A stretch of 15,616 nucleotides of DNA from assembly GCA_038046385.1 (NCBI GenBank), contig JBBSWH010000015.1:1-15616 (forward strand), given 5' to 3'. Position numbers and translations under genes: made by a program. Origin of the DNA: Nanobdellota archaeon (GTDB lineage Archaea; Nanobdellota; Nanobdellia; Woesearchaeales; GW2011-AR4). Within the stretch, counting starts at the first letter, position 1. Each line of letters begins with the position of its first letter. Below, piece after piece: positions 8,574 to 15,613 of this stretch. The notes beneath the pieces are model-generated. The model had not been told where the DNA came from, did no database searches, and was given only the letters and a program-made list of their open reading frames with translations.

Positions 8574-9104
8574 TTAAATAAATTTTCTGGGTTTGCTTCT
8601 TGCAGATTTATTTGAATTTTTGCTTTTAAAGACGTAGAACAGGAATGCCAGCACCATAACGGCGTAGATTACGTACTTTTGGTTTACATAAACTTTATTT
8701 GGATCTTCAATCGCCTTTAGATTGAAAGTTTTGCTAATCTTCAGCCTTATTGGAAGGCCTTCTCCGCTTGGCTCTACTTCGCTTACAGTGTACCCCGCCA
8801 CATAGGTTCCAGGCTGTTTAGGCGCCGTTACATTAAAAAAGATGCTTAATCCTGTTTCTTTTGGAGCAAGGGCATAAACCTCTTTGTAGTCTACAGCTTT
8901 CATGAATGTGCTGTCATAGTCCAGCTTGATTCCTGTTGATTCATCGCTTGGGTTCTGAAGCCTTATGCCATATAATTTTGAATCTCCAGCTATGAGTTCC
9001 ATAGTGCCATTAACAAGGTAGTCTGAAGCAACGCTTATTGCATTTGCATTGATTGCAATTGTTAAGAAAACCAAAAAAAGAAAAATTATGCCCTTCATTG
9101 TCAT
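8574..9104 (-). CDS. Secreted single Ig-like domain protein with C-terminal TM anchor
   Basis: Signal peptide, MELIAGDSKLYGIRLQNP beta-sandwich start, C-terminal TM helix and basic tail. Confidence 0.8.
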   Translation of the reverse strand: MTMKGIIFLFLVFLTIAINANAISVASDYLVNGTMELIAGDSKLYGIRLQNPSDESTGIKLDYDSTFMKAVDYKEVYALAPKETGLSIFFNVTAPKQPGTYVAGYTVSEVEPSGEGLPIRLKISKTFNLKAIEDPNKVYVNQKYVIYAVMVLAFLFYVFKSKNSNKSARSKPRKFI

Positions 9105-9130
9105 TTATTGTAATGAAGGGTTAATAAATT

Positions 9131-10084
9131 TTATGGTGAAGTCACGGCAGTAATGTTCCATGTGGCGTTATACAGCTGCGTGCTCAATCCATTGCTTGGG
9201 ACATTTACCCACAAAAATGCGCTTATGTTCCCTTTGTCTGCATTCGGGCCAAATGCACCTGTGTGCCCGTGCCTGAAGGTTATATTTCCTCCCGTTTCAG
9301 GGTCTCTTAGGTTGATTATTCCGTCTGCTGGGAATGCAAGCCTCAAGCTGGAGCTGCTGTTTGTCAAGTTAACTCCGAAGTTAGTTACGCTTATTGCCTC
9401 AGAGGGAGTAGTCGTTCCTGTCAATGCTGATGCAGTCATATTGATCTGTCCGAAGTCGTCATTTCCTGTGTTGTTCATCAGCAAGTGCGGATAAGCCAAT
9501 ACGTTCTGCTGGCCAAGGTTTACGTTGCTGAAGTTAAGGGCTGTGTTTGGCAATGAGATGGATGATACTGTATTGACGGTGAATATCATAGAATCATTAT
9601 ATGCAGAGCCGCCCATGGTGTCCTTGATTGATATATTGGCAACCCATGTTGCGCTTGCGTTAACATAATAAGGAATGGTTACTGTGCAGTTTATCACAAC
9701 GACAGTGCTTGACTTGCTTGCATTTCTGCATGTGCTGAATTCTGTTCCGCTGTCTGAAACATTGCTGTACCATTGGCTGCCTCCAAGTGTAAGGTTGACA
9801 ACAGCCTTGGTTGCATTTATCTGTCCGGCTCCGTCTGGGTCAGTTACATTAAAAGATAGAAAAATAGTTGTAGTTCCGGTTGCAGCCGGGTCAACGCTAA
9901 ACTGGCTGCTTCCAAGAGAGGTTGTTATATTTGTAATAGTTATTGTGGGGTTTCTGTTGGAAATTGCAAGCTGGACTTGGAACCCGAGCCTGATTGTAGA
10001 AGCATCTGCATAGACAATAGGTATACTCATGATAATTGCTAAAATTAAGAATAATAAACTTCTTTTTTTTATTTTTAGTATCAT
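9131..10084 (-). CDS. Secreted, heavily N-glycosylated beta-rich protein with no membrane anchor
   Basis: Signal peptide ending VYA; 19 N-x-S/T sequons counted by eye; ends LWVNVP...LYNATWNITA. Confidence 0.85.
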   Translation of the reverse strand: MILKIKKRSLLFLILAIIMSIPIVYADASTIRLGFQVQLAISNRNPTITITNITTSLGSSQFSVDPAATGTTTIFLSFNVTDPDGAGQINATKAVVNLTLGGSQWYSNVSDSGTEFSTCRNASKSSTVVVINCTVTIPYYVNASATWVANISIKDTMGGSAYNDSMIFTVNTVSSISLPNTALNFSNVNLGQQNVLAYPHLLMNNTGNDDFGQINMTASALTGTTTPSEAISVTNFGVNLTNSSSSLRLAFPADGIINLRDPETGGNITFRHGHTGAFGPNADKGNISAFLWVNVPSNGLSTQLYNATWNITAVTSP

Positions 10085-10193
10085 TTTAGGGTGTATTTCT
10101 GCCTTATCACCGCCATGCTACCACCAGAGTTTCAGCTAAAATAAAAGGCTATAAACTAACCTCTAGCACGTGATTCACTATTCTGAATAAGTT

Positions 10194-10242
10194 GATATTT
10201 AAATCTTTCGTTTTTTATATACTAGTATACCATTTCGTATAC
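10194..10242 (-). promoter_or_regulatory. BRE+TATA promoter for the surface-protein operon with adjacent palindromes
   Basis: Minus CGAAAGA-TTTAAATA (10210-10196); TATACTAGTATA palindrome and repeated GTATAC just upstream. Confidence 0.55.
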
Positions 10243-10360
10243 TTCTGGTTTATTCATTTCTGGCAGTTTTGAGCGGTTTTACTTGCTTACTGGATTTTTG
10301 TGAGTGGCGGAACCAAAAAATTTTAATAACACTGGGACAATTACCTTTCAAGTGAACCTT

Positions 10361-10912
10361 ATGGAAATGAACACTGACAACCTAAAATTAAGCATTGGCG
10401 GAAATGCGCCTGATTTCAAGCTTCCTGGAACAGATGGCAAGGCATATAATATTGCAAGCTTCAAGGGCAAAAGAGTTCTTGCTGTAATTTTCATGTGCAA
10501 CCACTGCCCTTATGTGCAGGGAAGCATAGAACGCATGAAATCAATCCAGTCAGAGTTCGGGATAAAAGGACTGCAGATTGTCGGTATTAATTCAAACGAC
10601 CAGCTTAACTATCCTGATGATTCCTTTGAGAAAATGATAGAACTTTCAAAATCAAAAAAACTTAATTTTACGTATTTAAGGGATGAAGATCAGCATGTTG
10701 CAAAAGACTATGGGGCGCAATGCACGCCAGAATGCTTTGTTTTCGATGGAGAAAGAAAACTAAGGTATCATGGGAGGATTGATGATTCTCCAAAAGATGA
10801 AACAAGAGCAACAATAAGCGACTTGAAAAATGCGATTGACGCTTTAATACACGGCAGAAAAGTCGCAATTGAATTGGCGCCTGCAATTGGATGCTCGATA
10901 AAGTGGCGCTAA
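10361..10912 (+). CDS. Thioredoxin-fold redoxin (AhpC/TSA-like, CNHC motif)
   Basis: APDFKLPGTDG, FMCNHCPYV, VGINSND, YGAQCTPE, YHGRIDD, GCSIKW; ATG 10361 or 10367 is more plausible than GTG 10304. Confidence 0.92.
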   Translation: MEMNTDNLKLSIGGNAPDFKLPGTDGKAYNIASFKGKRVLAVIFMCNHCPYVQGSIERMKSIQSEFGIKGLQIVGINSNDQLNYPDDSFEKMIELSKSKKLNFTYLRDEDQHVAKDYGAQCTPECFVFDGERKLRYHGRIDDSPKDETRATISDLKNAIDALIHGRKVAIELAPAIGCSIKWR

Positions 10913-11325
10913 ATCTTCAACAATACGAGATTTGTGTTTCCCATGCTCTTTTTTTCAATCACTTCCCTTTCTGATAATTTCTGAAGGATTCTTGAAATCT
11001 GCACTTTTGTAAAGCCGGACAAAACCACCAGCTTGTTCTGCTCAATTGAATTGTTATTATCAAGCAAAATCTTCACAACAATCCTTTCTTCATTTGGAAG
11101 CAGCTTGAGTACTTTTTCAATCTGCATCCTGTTGATTTTGAACTGGAACATCACGACAATAAAAGCGCCTACAAAAATTGACAGGAAAGAGATTGCATAA
11201 ACAATCAATGGCAGCTGCTCATTTGTCGCAGAAGTGTAAAATCCGTTTACAACAGCGAATGTAATTCCCAGCAAGAAAACTAGCATTAGCCCTATGACAA
11301 GCCTCTTGTTGTCTATCTCCATCAT
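10909..11325 (-). CDS. Membrane-anchored winged-HTH (MarR-like) transcriptional regulator
   Basis: Two N-terminal TM helices, then L-x2-EE...IEQNKLV-x-LSGFTKVQISRILQKL...IEKKSMGNTNLV. Confidence 0.85.
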   Translation of the reverse strand: MMEIDNKRLVIGLMLVFLLGITFAVVNGFYTSATNEQLPLIVYAISFLSIFVGAFIVVMFQFKINRMQIEKVLKLLPNEERIVVKILLDNNNSIEQNKLVVLSGFTKVQISRILQKLSEREVIEKKSMGNTNLVLLKI

Positions 11326-11543
11326 TCAATCTCTTTTTTTAGCCTGTTGTATTCTTTTGAGCTTATTTCGCCTGATGCAAGCCTTTTCCTGAGGATTTGC
11401 TCAGCTGTCTGGTTTCTGCAGTTTTTTCCATTGAGCATCCACCATATTACAGCGAAAAAAAGCACAATTATCAAAAGATGATATATCCACCCAAATCCAA
11501 TTCCAAAATAATTGCCCATCATCGGGCATGTTCCATATGCCAT
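11322..11543 (-). CDS. SHOCT domain membrane protein
   Basis: CPMMG...GFGW, one TM helix, AEQILRKRLASGEISSKEYNRLKKEI. Confidence 0.9.
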   Translation of the reverse strand: MAYGTCPMMGNYFGIGFGWIYHLLIIVLFFAVIWWMLNGKNCRNQTAEQILRKRLASGEISSKEYNRLKKEIE

Positions 11544-11615
11544 TTTTCATCATCTCCTGCTGAATCAATAATATTTTCCACTATATCAATATTTCTAAAA
11601 TAAAAAATAAAAGAA

Positions 11616-11972
11616 TCAGCCCATCATTGGGCATCCTCCTTTTCCTTTGAATCCGCTTTCCTCATGAAATTTTTCCATCTTTTCGTGCATTTGCTTTGCA
11701 AGTGAAAAATCTTCTTCGCTTTGAACCCAAGGCATCATGTTAAAGCCGGTTTCTTCCCTAAATTTGGAAAAGTCTGCGTAAGTTCCTTCTTCCATTATCT
11801 GGTACATTTCTGCATGATATTGCATCATTACCTGCCTCTTTCCAATATCATTTCCAATATCGCTGTTCCAGTTTTTGCCGCTGTTTCTCCACATTCCCTG
11901 GGCAAATGCAATCCCGACTATAGCCAGCAAGCCCAAGATTGCCGCTGCCGCAATAAATAATTTTTTTGACAT
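11616..11972 (-). CDS. Secreted Met/His/Gly-rich hypothetical protein
   Basis: Signal peptide ending AFA, GGAGG RBS, Met-rich, ends GGCPMMG. Confidence 0.8.
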   Translation of the reverse strand: MSKKLFIAAAAILGLLAIVGIAFAQGMWRNSGKNWNSDIGNDIGKRQVMMQYHAEMYQIMEEGTYADFSKFREETGFNMMPWVQSEEDFSLAKQMHEKMEKFHEESGFKGKGGCPMMG

Positions 11973-12012
11973 TTTAATCTTCCTCCTTGTTTTAATTCAA
12001 ATCTAATGGTTG

Positions 12013-12096
12013 CATAAGATGAAACGAGATAACTATTTTGCTGAAACTAGTTGAGAAATGGTGAAACATAAGATGGTTTTTGTGAAACGTTGAAAT
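12013..12096. promoter_or_regulatory. Phased TGAAAC direct-repeat array, putative operator
   Basis: TGAAAC at 12020, 12042, 12062 and 12083 (spacing 22/20/21), plus TGAAAT at 12091. Confidence 0.55.
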
Positions 12097-12169
12097 CTAG
12101 CTTGTGCCTGCCATTAGGCTATCTATCTAATAGAGATAGCTTTAAAAATTGCTCAATTTCCTTTTATCT

Positions 12170-12643
12170 ATGAAAAACTATAGAAAGTATATGACTATGA
12201 CCATGTATTTTTATGGAGGCGGAGCAATATTTCATCAGAGGCCTTCAAACCAGTCTTATATAACTTTAGATCCCAACCAGCCTTTAAAACCGCATGATGG
12301 GCCTGTAGACTTAACAAAGTTATTGTTTGAACTCAGCATGGCTCAAGCCCCATCAGACACATTTAACCCTGTACGTGTACGTGATGCGGGAGAAGCAGAG
12401 AAACTGGTAAGGGCAATAACCAACCATTATAGTTTGCGTTCATCTATGCGGGCAATAGGGTCAGGCCAGGATGTTTCGCAAAATGTCGATGCAGCCATAC
12501 GAACATCTTTGAATATAAAATCTGATGGGCAGCTACCCTATTTGGAAGCAGCGCTTAGGATGAATAGGAAACATCTCAAGCTTTTAAGCAGGCCTGAAGA
12601 AGAGATTGTTGCGCGCTTGAAAGCCCTTCAGCCAAGATTATAA
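12170..12643 (+). CDS. Hypothetical protein, paralog of 12762-13214
   Basis: Full-length similarity to the downstream ORF; TTTAAAAA at 12141-12148 supports ATG 12170. Confidence 0.75.
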   Translation: MKNYRKYMTMTMYFYGGGAIFHQRPSNQSYITLDPNQPLKPHDGPVDLTKLLFELSMAQAPSDTFNPVRVRDAGEAEKLVRAITNHYSLRSSMRAIGSGQDVSQNVDAAIRTSLNIKSDGQLPYLEAALRMNRKHLKLLSRPEEEIVARLKALQPRL

Positions 12644-12664
12644 ATTCTTCAAGCAGCCTCACCG

Positions 12665-12727
12665 ATTCATGGCAGGAAAATCCCTATTGAAATAGCGCCT
12701 GCAATTGAGTACCATATTAAACGGGGA
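12665..12727 (+). pseudogene. Diverged remnant of the 3' end of the redoxin gene
   Basis: IHGRKIPIEIAPAIEYHIKRG versus IHGRKVAIELAPAIGCSIKWR (10847-10909); 44/63 nt and 13/21 aa identical by manual alignment. Confidence 0.75.
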
Positions 12728-12761
12728 TATATTTTTAAGTTAATCTTGATTTCTTTGAGGC

Positions 12762-13214
12762 ATGAAAACTGATTTAGTTATGGCAAGCTATTTTTTTGGT
12801 GGAGTGGCTACTTTTTTAGACAAGGCAACTAACCAAACATACATAGCTAATGTGGACGATTCAAACGCAACTTTAAGGCCGTATGATAGATCAAAAGATT
12901 CTAGATTCCTACTTGACATAGCAATGGTTGAAATGACCCACTTCTACGCCCATAAGGTTCGATGCGCTAGTTTCGCTGAAGCCACAGATACTGTTAGGGC
13001 TCTGGCAAATTATGATAATCTAAGTATGGGCATCTCTCTTGCCAGAGGAAAAACTAGCCCAGATATGGAAAAAACTATTGCTGTAATAAGGGAAATGGCA
13101 GATAAAATAAGAGCAAACAACCAGATACCCATTTTAGAACAAATAGTACAAGAGGAGGGTATTCTTCCTCTTTTAAGTATGCCTACAGATGAGCTTATAG
13201 CAAGTTTGAGATGA
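12762..13214 (+). CDS. Hypothetical protein, paralog of 12170-12643
   Basis: YFFGGVATF...NQTYI versus YFYGGGAIF...NQSYI; LLSMPTDELIASLR versus LLSRPEEEIVARLK; GAGG before ATG. Confidence 0.75.
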   Translation: MKTDLVMASYFFGGVATFLDKATNQTYIANVDDSNATLRPYDRSKDSRFLLDIAMVEMTHFYAHKVRCASFAEATDTVRALANYDNLSMGISLARGKTSPDMEKTIAVIREMADKIRANNQIPILEQIVQEEGILPLLSMPTDELIASLR

Positions 13215-13265
13215 TGAGATTATAGCAAGTTTGAGATGATGAGATTATAGCAAGTTTGAGATGAT
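13188..13265 (+). repeat. Tandem repeat, 25-bp unit x 3.1
   Basis: GATGAG(C/A)TTATAGCAAGTTTGAGAT at 13188, 13213 and 13238; no spacers. Confidence 0.95.
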
Positions 13266-13279
13266 AATCTTAAATAATT

Positions 13280-14281
13280 TTACCCAATATTTTTCTCACA
13301 GTCTTCATAGTTTCTTTTAAGCGCAGGATTATCAGGATGTTTCTTCAGCTCTTCTTCAAGAATTTCTTTGGCCCGTTTGAACTTGCCCATTGACATATAC
13401 ATAACGGCAAGGTTGTTTGCAGGAGATGGTTTGTCTGGATTAGATTTCATGCTTTTCTTGAAATATTCTATCGCACGATCCTTATCGTTCATTCTTAGAT
13501 AAATCTTGGCAATTTCTGAATACGGCAGCTTGTAAGCAGCATCAATTTCCACTGTTTTTTCGAAATATGCAATTGCATTTGCAAAATCTTTCTTTCCCAT
13601 GAACATGCGCGCAGTCTGGTAGTTGTATCTTGCGTTTTCAGGATTTTCTTCAACTTGCCTTATTATTATCTTTGAGTACATATCTGCTTTTCTTTCAACA
13701 AAAGCAGCATCTTTTACAGAGCCGAAATGGTGCAAAACAACATCTGTTTTTTCGTATTTCATTCCTTTTTCCTTTATCGATTCTTCTACAAGCTCGTGCA
13801 CCCTGTGCCTGAAATGAATCCCTTTATTATTCCTGAAAACTCTCACAAGATTGTTCAAAACATAGAACGGATATTTTTTTACAGGCTCAAAATCTGTTTT
13901 GTTGCCCATCGCACCGTCAAAATAATCTTTTATGTATGAGCGCTGCTGGAATGAAAATCCTGCTGTTCCATTTCCTGCATTTTTTATCATCTCTTTTATT
14001 TTTTCACAGTCTTTTTCTTCCAGAACTTCGTCTGCATCCAGCACTAAAACCCAGTCTTTTGTTGCGTGCTTCAGGCTTTCGTTTCTTGCAGCAGAGAAAT
14101 CATCAGCCCATGCGAAGTCAAAAATTTTTGCATTGAACTTTTTTGCAATTTCCTTTGTCTTGTCTTTGCTTCCTGTGTCGATAATTATAATTTCATCCAC
14201 AATGTTTTTTATAGAAGTTAAGCACTGCTCAAAATAGTTTTCTTCATCTTTTGCTATCATGCATAATGAGATTGATGTCAT
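13280..14281 (-). CDS. Glycosyltransferase family 2 with C-terminal TPR repeats
   Basis: ISLCMIAKDEE, IDTGSKDKT, DDFSAARN, LDADE, RVHE, followed by TPR helices. Confidence 0.93.
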   Translation of the reverse strand: MTSISLCMIAKDEENYFEQCLTSIKNIVDEIIIIDTGSKDKTKEIAKKFNAKIFDFAWADDFSAARNESLKHATKDWVLVLDADEVLEEKDCEKIKEMIKNAGNGTAGFSFQQRSYIKDYFDGAMGNKTDFEPVKKYPFYVLNNLVRVFRNNKGIHFRHRVHELVEESIKEKGMKYEKTDVVLHHFGSVKDAAFVERKADMYSKIIIRQVEENPENARYNYQTARMFMGKKDFANAIAYFEKTVEIDAAYKLPYSEIAKIYLRMNDKDRAIEYFKKSMKSNPDKPSPANNLAVMYMSMGKFKRAKEILEEELKKHPDNPALKRNYEDCEKNIG

Positions 14282-14282
14282 T

Positions 14283-15224
14283 TTAGTAAGTGTTTGTCAA
14301 AACAACATTTCCATCGCTGTTTTTTATAGTAAGTGTGTCTCCGTCATTGTTCCAGATACACCCCCTTGCATTGCCCCAGTAAACCTTTGAAGAATCGCTT
14401 GTTCCTTGACCGCTGTAAAGCTTGATTCTTCCGCTTCCATCCAGCGCAAATCCAGTAAATGTGTATGTTTTTGATGACGCGTCGCTTACCTTCCATCCGT
14501 CTAAGTTGCAGGAATTGCTGCATTTGTTCCTAAATTCTACAAATTCTTCGTCAGTGTTGCATTCATTTTCCGGAGGATCATAATTAAACTCAAGGATTTC
14601 AATGCAGTCATCGCATGGTCCGCTGCTTGACTGTGTCTGCGCTTCGTTTTGCACATTGTTCACTTGCACTTCGCTATCTGTACATTCATCATTGACGCAC
14701 GAATATTTGCATTTTTCAACAAGGCCCCATCCGGCACCGTTTGGAAGGCAAACTTTAAGCTCGCTGCCAAAACAGTTCATTGCAGGAGGCGTGCAAACTT
14801 TTTCGCTGCATTTTCCGTCCTTGCATGACTGCGGGCATTTTTCAATATCTTTCCATTTGCAGTCTTCTGTTTTGTAGCCTCTGTATTTTTCGTCAATGCA
14901 TTCCCAGCCTTCACCGCATCCTTTTTCCTTTACTATTTCGGCTGGAACACATTTTTTGCTGCAGGCTGCGTCAGAATAAGGTTCTGTTTTCCACTTTCCT
15001 GCTTCAAGGTCGCATTCATTGTATGCTTCGTTTCCGTTGCATTTTTCACTTGAAATGCAACAATTGCTGTCGCAAAATTTTCCATCTGGGTAAGCGCATG
15101 CCCTGTATATTTTTGCGGCAACCTCCCCAGTTATTTCAGAAACATCTTCAGTGTTTTTGGAGCATGCAGGGAGCAGAGCTATCAATAATAAGATGCAAAA
15201 TGCAATTGTATTTTTCCACCCCAT
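14283..15224 (-). CDS. Lipoprotein with Cys-rich repeats and C-terminal lamin tail domain
   Basis: Lipobox LPAC; C-x3-C-x4-C repeats; EFVEFRN...LDGWKVSD...LYSGQG...WNNDGDT-L LTD signature; GGGGG RBS supports ATG 15224, while the GTG at 15245 lies inside the tRNA 3' exon. Confidence 0.85.
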   Translation of the reverse strand: MGWKNTIAFCILLLIALLPACSKNTEDVSEITGEVAAKIYRACAYPDGKFCDSNCCISSEKCNGNEAYNECDLEAGKWKTEPYSDAACSKKCVPAEIVKEKGCGEGWECIDEKYRGYKTEDCKWKDIEKCPQSCKDGKCSEKVCTPPAMNCFGSELKVCLPNGAGWGLVEKCKYSCVNDECTDSEVQVNNVQNEAQTQSSSGPCDDCIEILEFNYDPPENECNTDEEFVEFRNKCSNSCNLDGWKVSDASSKTYTFTGFALDGSGRIKLYSGQGTSDSSKVYWGNARGCIWNNDGDTLTIKNSDGNVVLTNTY

Positions 15225-15239
15225 GTTTACCCCCATTAA

Positions 15240-15474
15240 CGCCACTGCTCGGATTACTCAAAAACGCCGGCGCCCGGATTTGAACCGAGAGATCCTTTCG
15301 GAAAGCGGTTTTCGAGACCGCCGCAATGCCGGATTATGCGACGCCGGCATAGCGTTTTTGAGTTCCCAAAAATCATTGATTTTTGTGATGAACCGAGAGA
15401 TCCTTTCGGAAAGCGGTTCGCCCTGATAAATAACTGTTCGAGACCGCCGCAATGCCGGATTATGCGACAGTGGC
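15240..15474 (-). tRNA. Outer tRNA-Ser(CGA) in three exons (15474-15437, 15418-15389, 15255-15240) with an 18-nt intron at 37/38 and a 133-nt T-loop insertion at 57/58
   Basis: Joined exons give an 84-nt cloverleaf: acceptor GCCACTG/CAGTGGC + G73, anticodon arm GCGGT-CTCGAAA-ACCGC, long variable arm, T arm CTCGG-TTCAAAT-CCGAG. Confidence 0.75.
15265..15348 (-). tRNA. Inner, intronless tRNA-Ser(CGA); CCA not encoded
   Basis: GCCGGCG/CGCCGGC acceptor + G73, anticodon CGA, variable arm TCC-GAAA-GGA, T arm CTCGG-TTCAAAT-CCGGG; 84 nt. Confidence 0.95.
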
Positions 15475-15498
15475 ATATTGTTAAGTTAAAATTGTCTG

Positions 15499-15513
15499 TA
15501 TTTAAGCTTTTTT
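15499..15513 (-). promoter_or_regulatory. BRE+TATA promoter of the outer tRNA
   Basis: Minus AAAAAAG-CTTAAATA ending 24 nt before G1 at 15474. Confidence 0.65.
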
Positions 15514-15517
15514 AGAA

Positions 15518-15565
15518 TTAATGGTCAGAGCAGTCCCATTTGAAGCCGCAGTTGGGGCAGATTAT
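15518..15565 (-). pseudogene. 3' end of a small CPxCG zinc-finger gene, apparently interrupted
   Basis: Translates IICPNCGFKWDCSDH*; in-frame TAA at 15583-15581 inside the palindromic element. Confidence 0.55.
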
Positions 15566-15613
15566 TGTAAATTCATGGGTTTAAAACCCCATGCTTTAGC
15601 ATGAATTTACAAT
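15564..15613. repeat. 50-bp palindromic element (MITE/REP-like or intron-like)
   Basis: Perfect 14-bp terminal inverted repeat ATTGTAAATTCATG/CATGAATTTACAAT with internal hairpins CATGGG/CCCATG and CATGCT/AGCATG. Confidence 0.7.

Noticed and set aside
4152-10013. Numerous short antisense ORFs (e.g. 4152-4415, 6451-6819, 9153-9494, 9675-10013)
   Set aside because: Shadow ORFs opposite well-supported genes
10304-10360. GTG start extending the redoxin N-terminus
   Set aside because: The extension contains a TATA-like TTTTAATA and homology begins after ATG 10361/10367
13188-13265. Possible mini CRISPR array
   Set aside because: Units are contiguous with no spacers, and no cas genes are present
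14602-15283. Cys-rich plus-strand ORFs 14602-14877 and 14780-15283
   Set aside because: Antisense to the LTD lipoprotein; composition is a by-product of that gene
15389-15474. attL/attR remnant of an integrated element at tRNA-Ser
   Set aside because: It is the 5' part rather than the 3' part, has a different acceptor strand whose partner is at 15241-15247, and no integrase is in the window
15151-15476. ORFs 15151-15426(+) and 15258-15476(-) with internal peptide repeats
   Set aside because: Translations of the duplicated tRNA sequences
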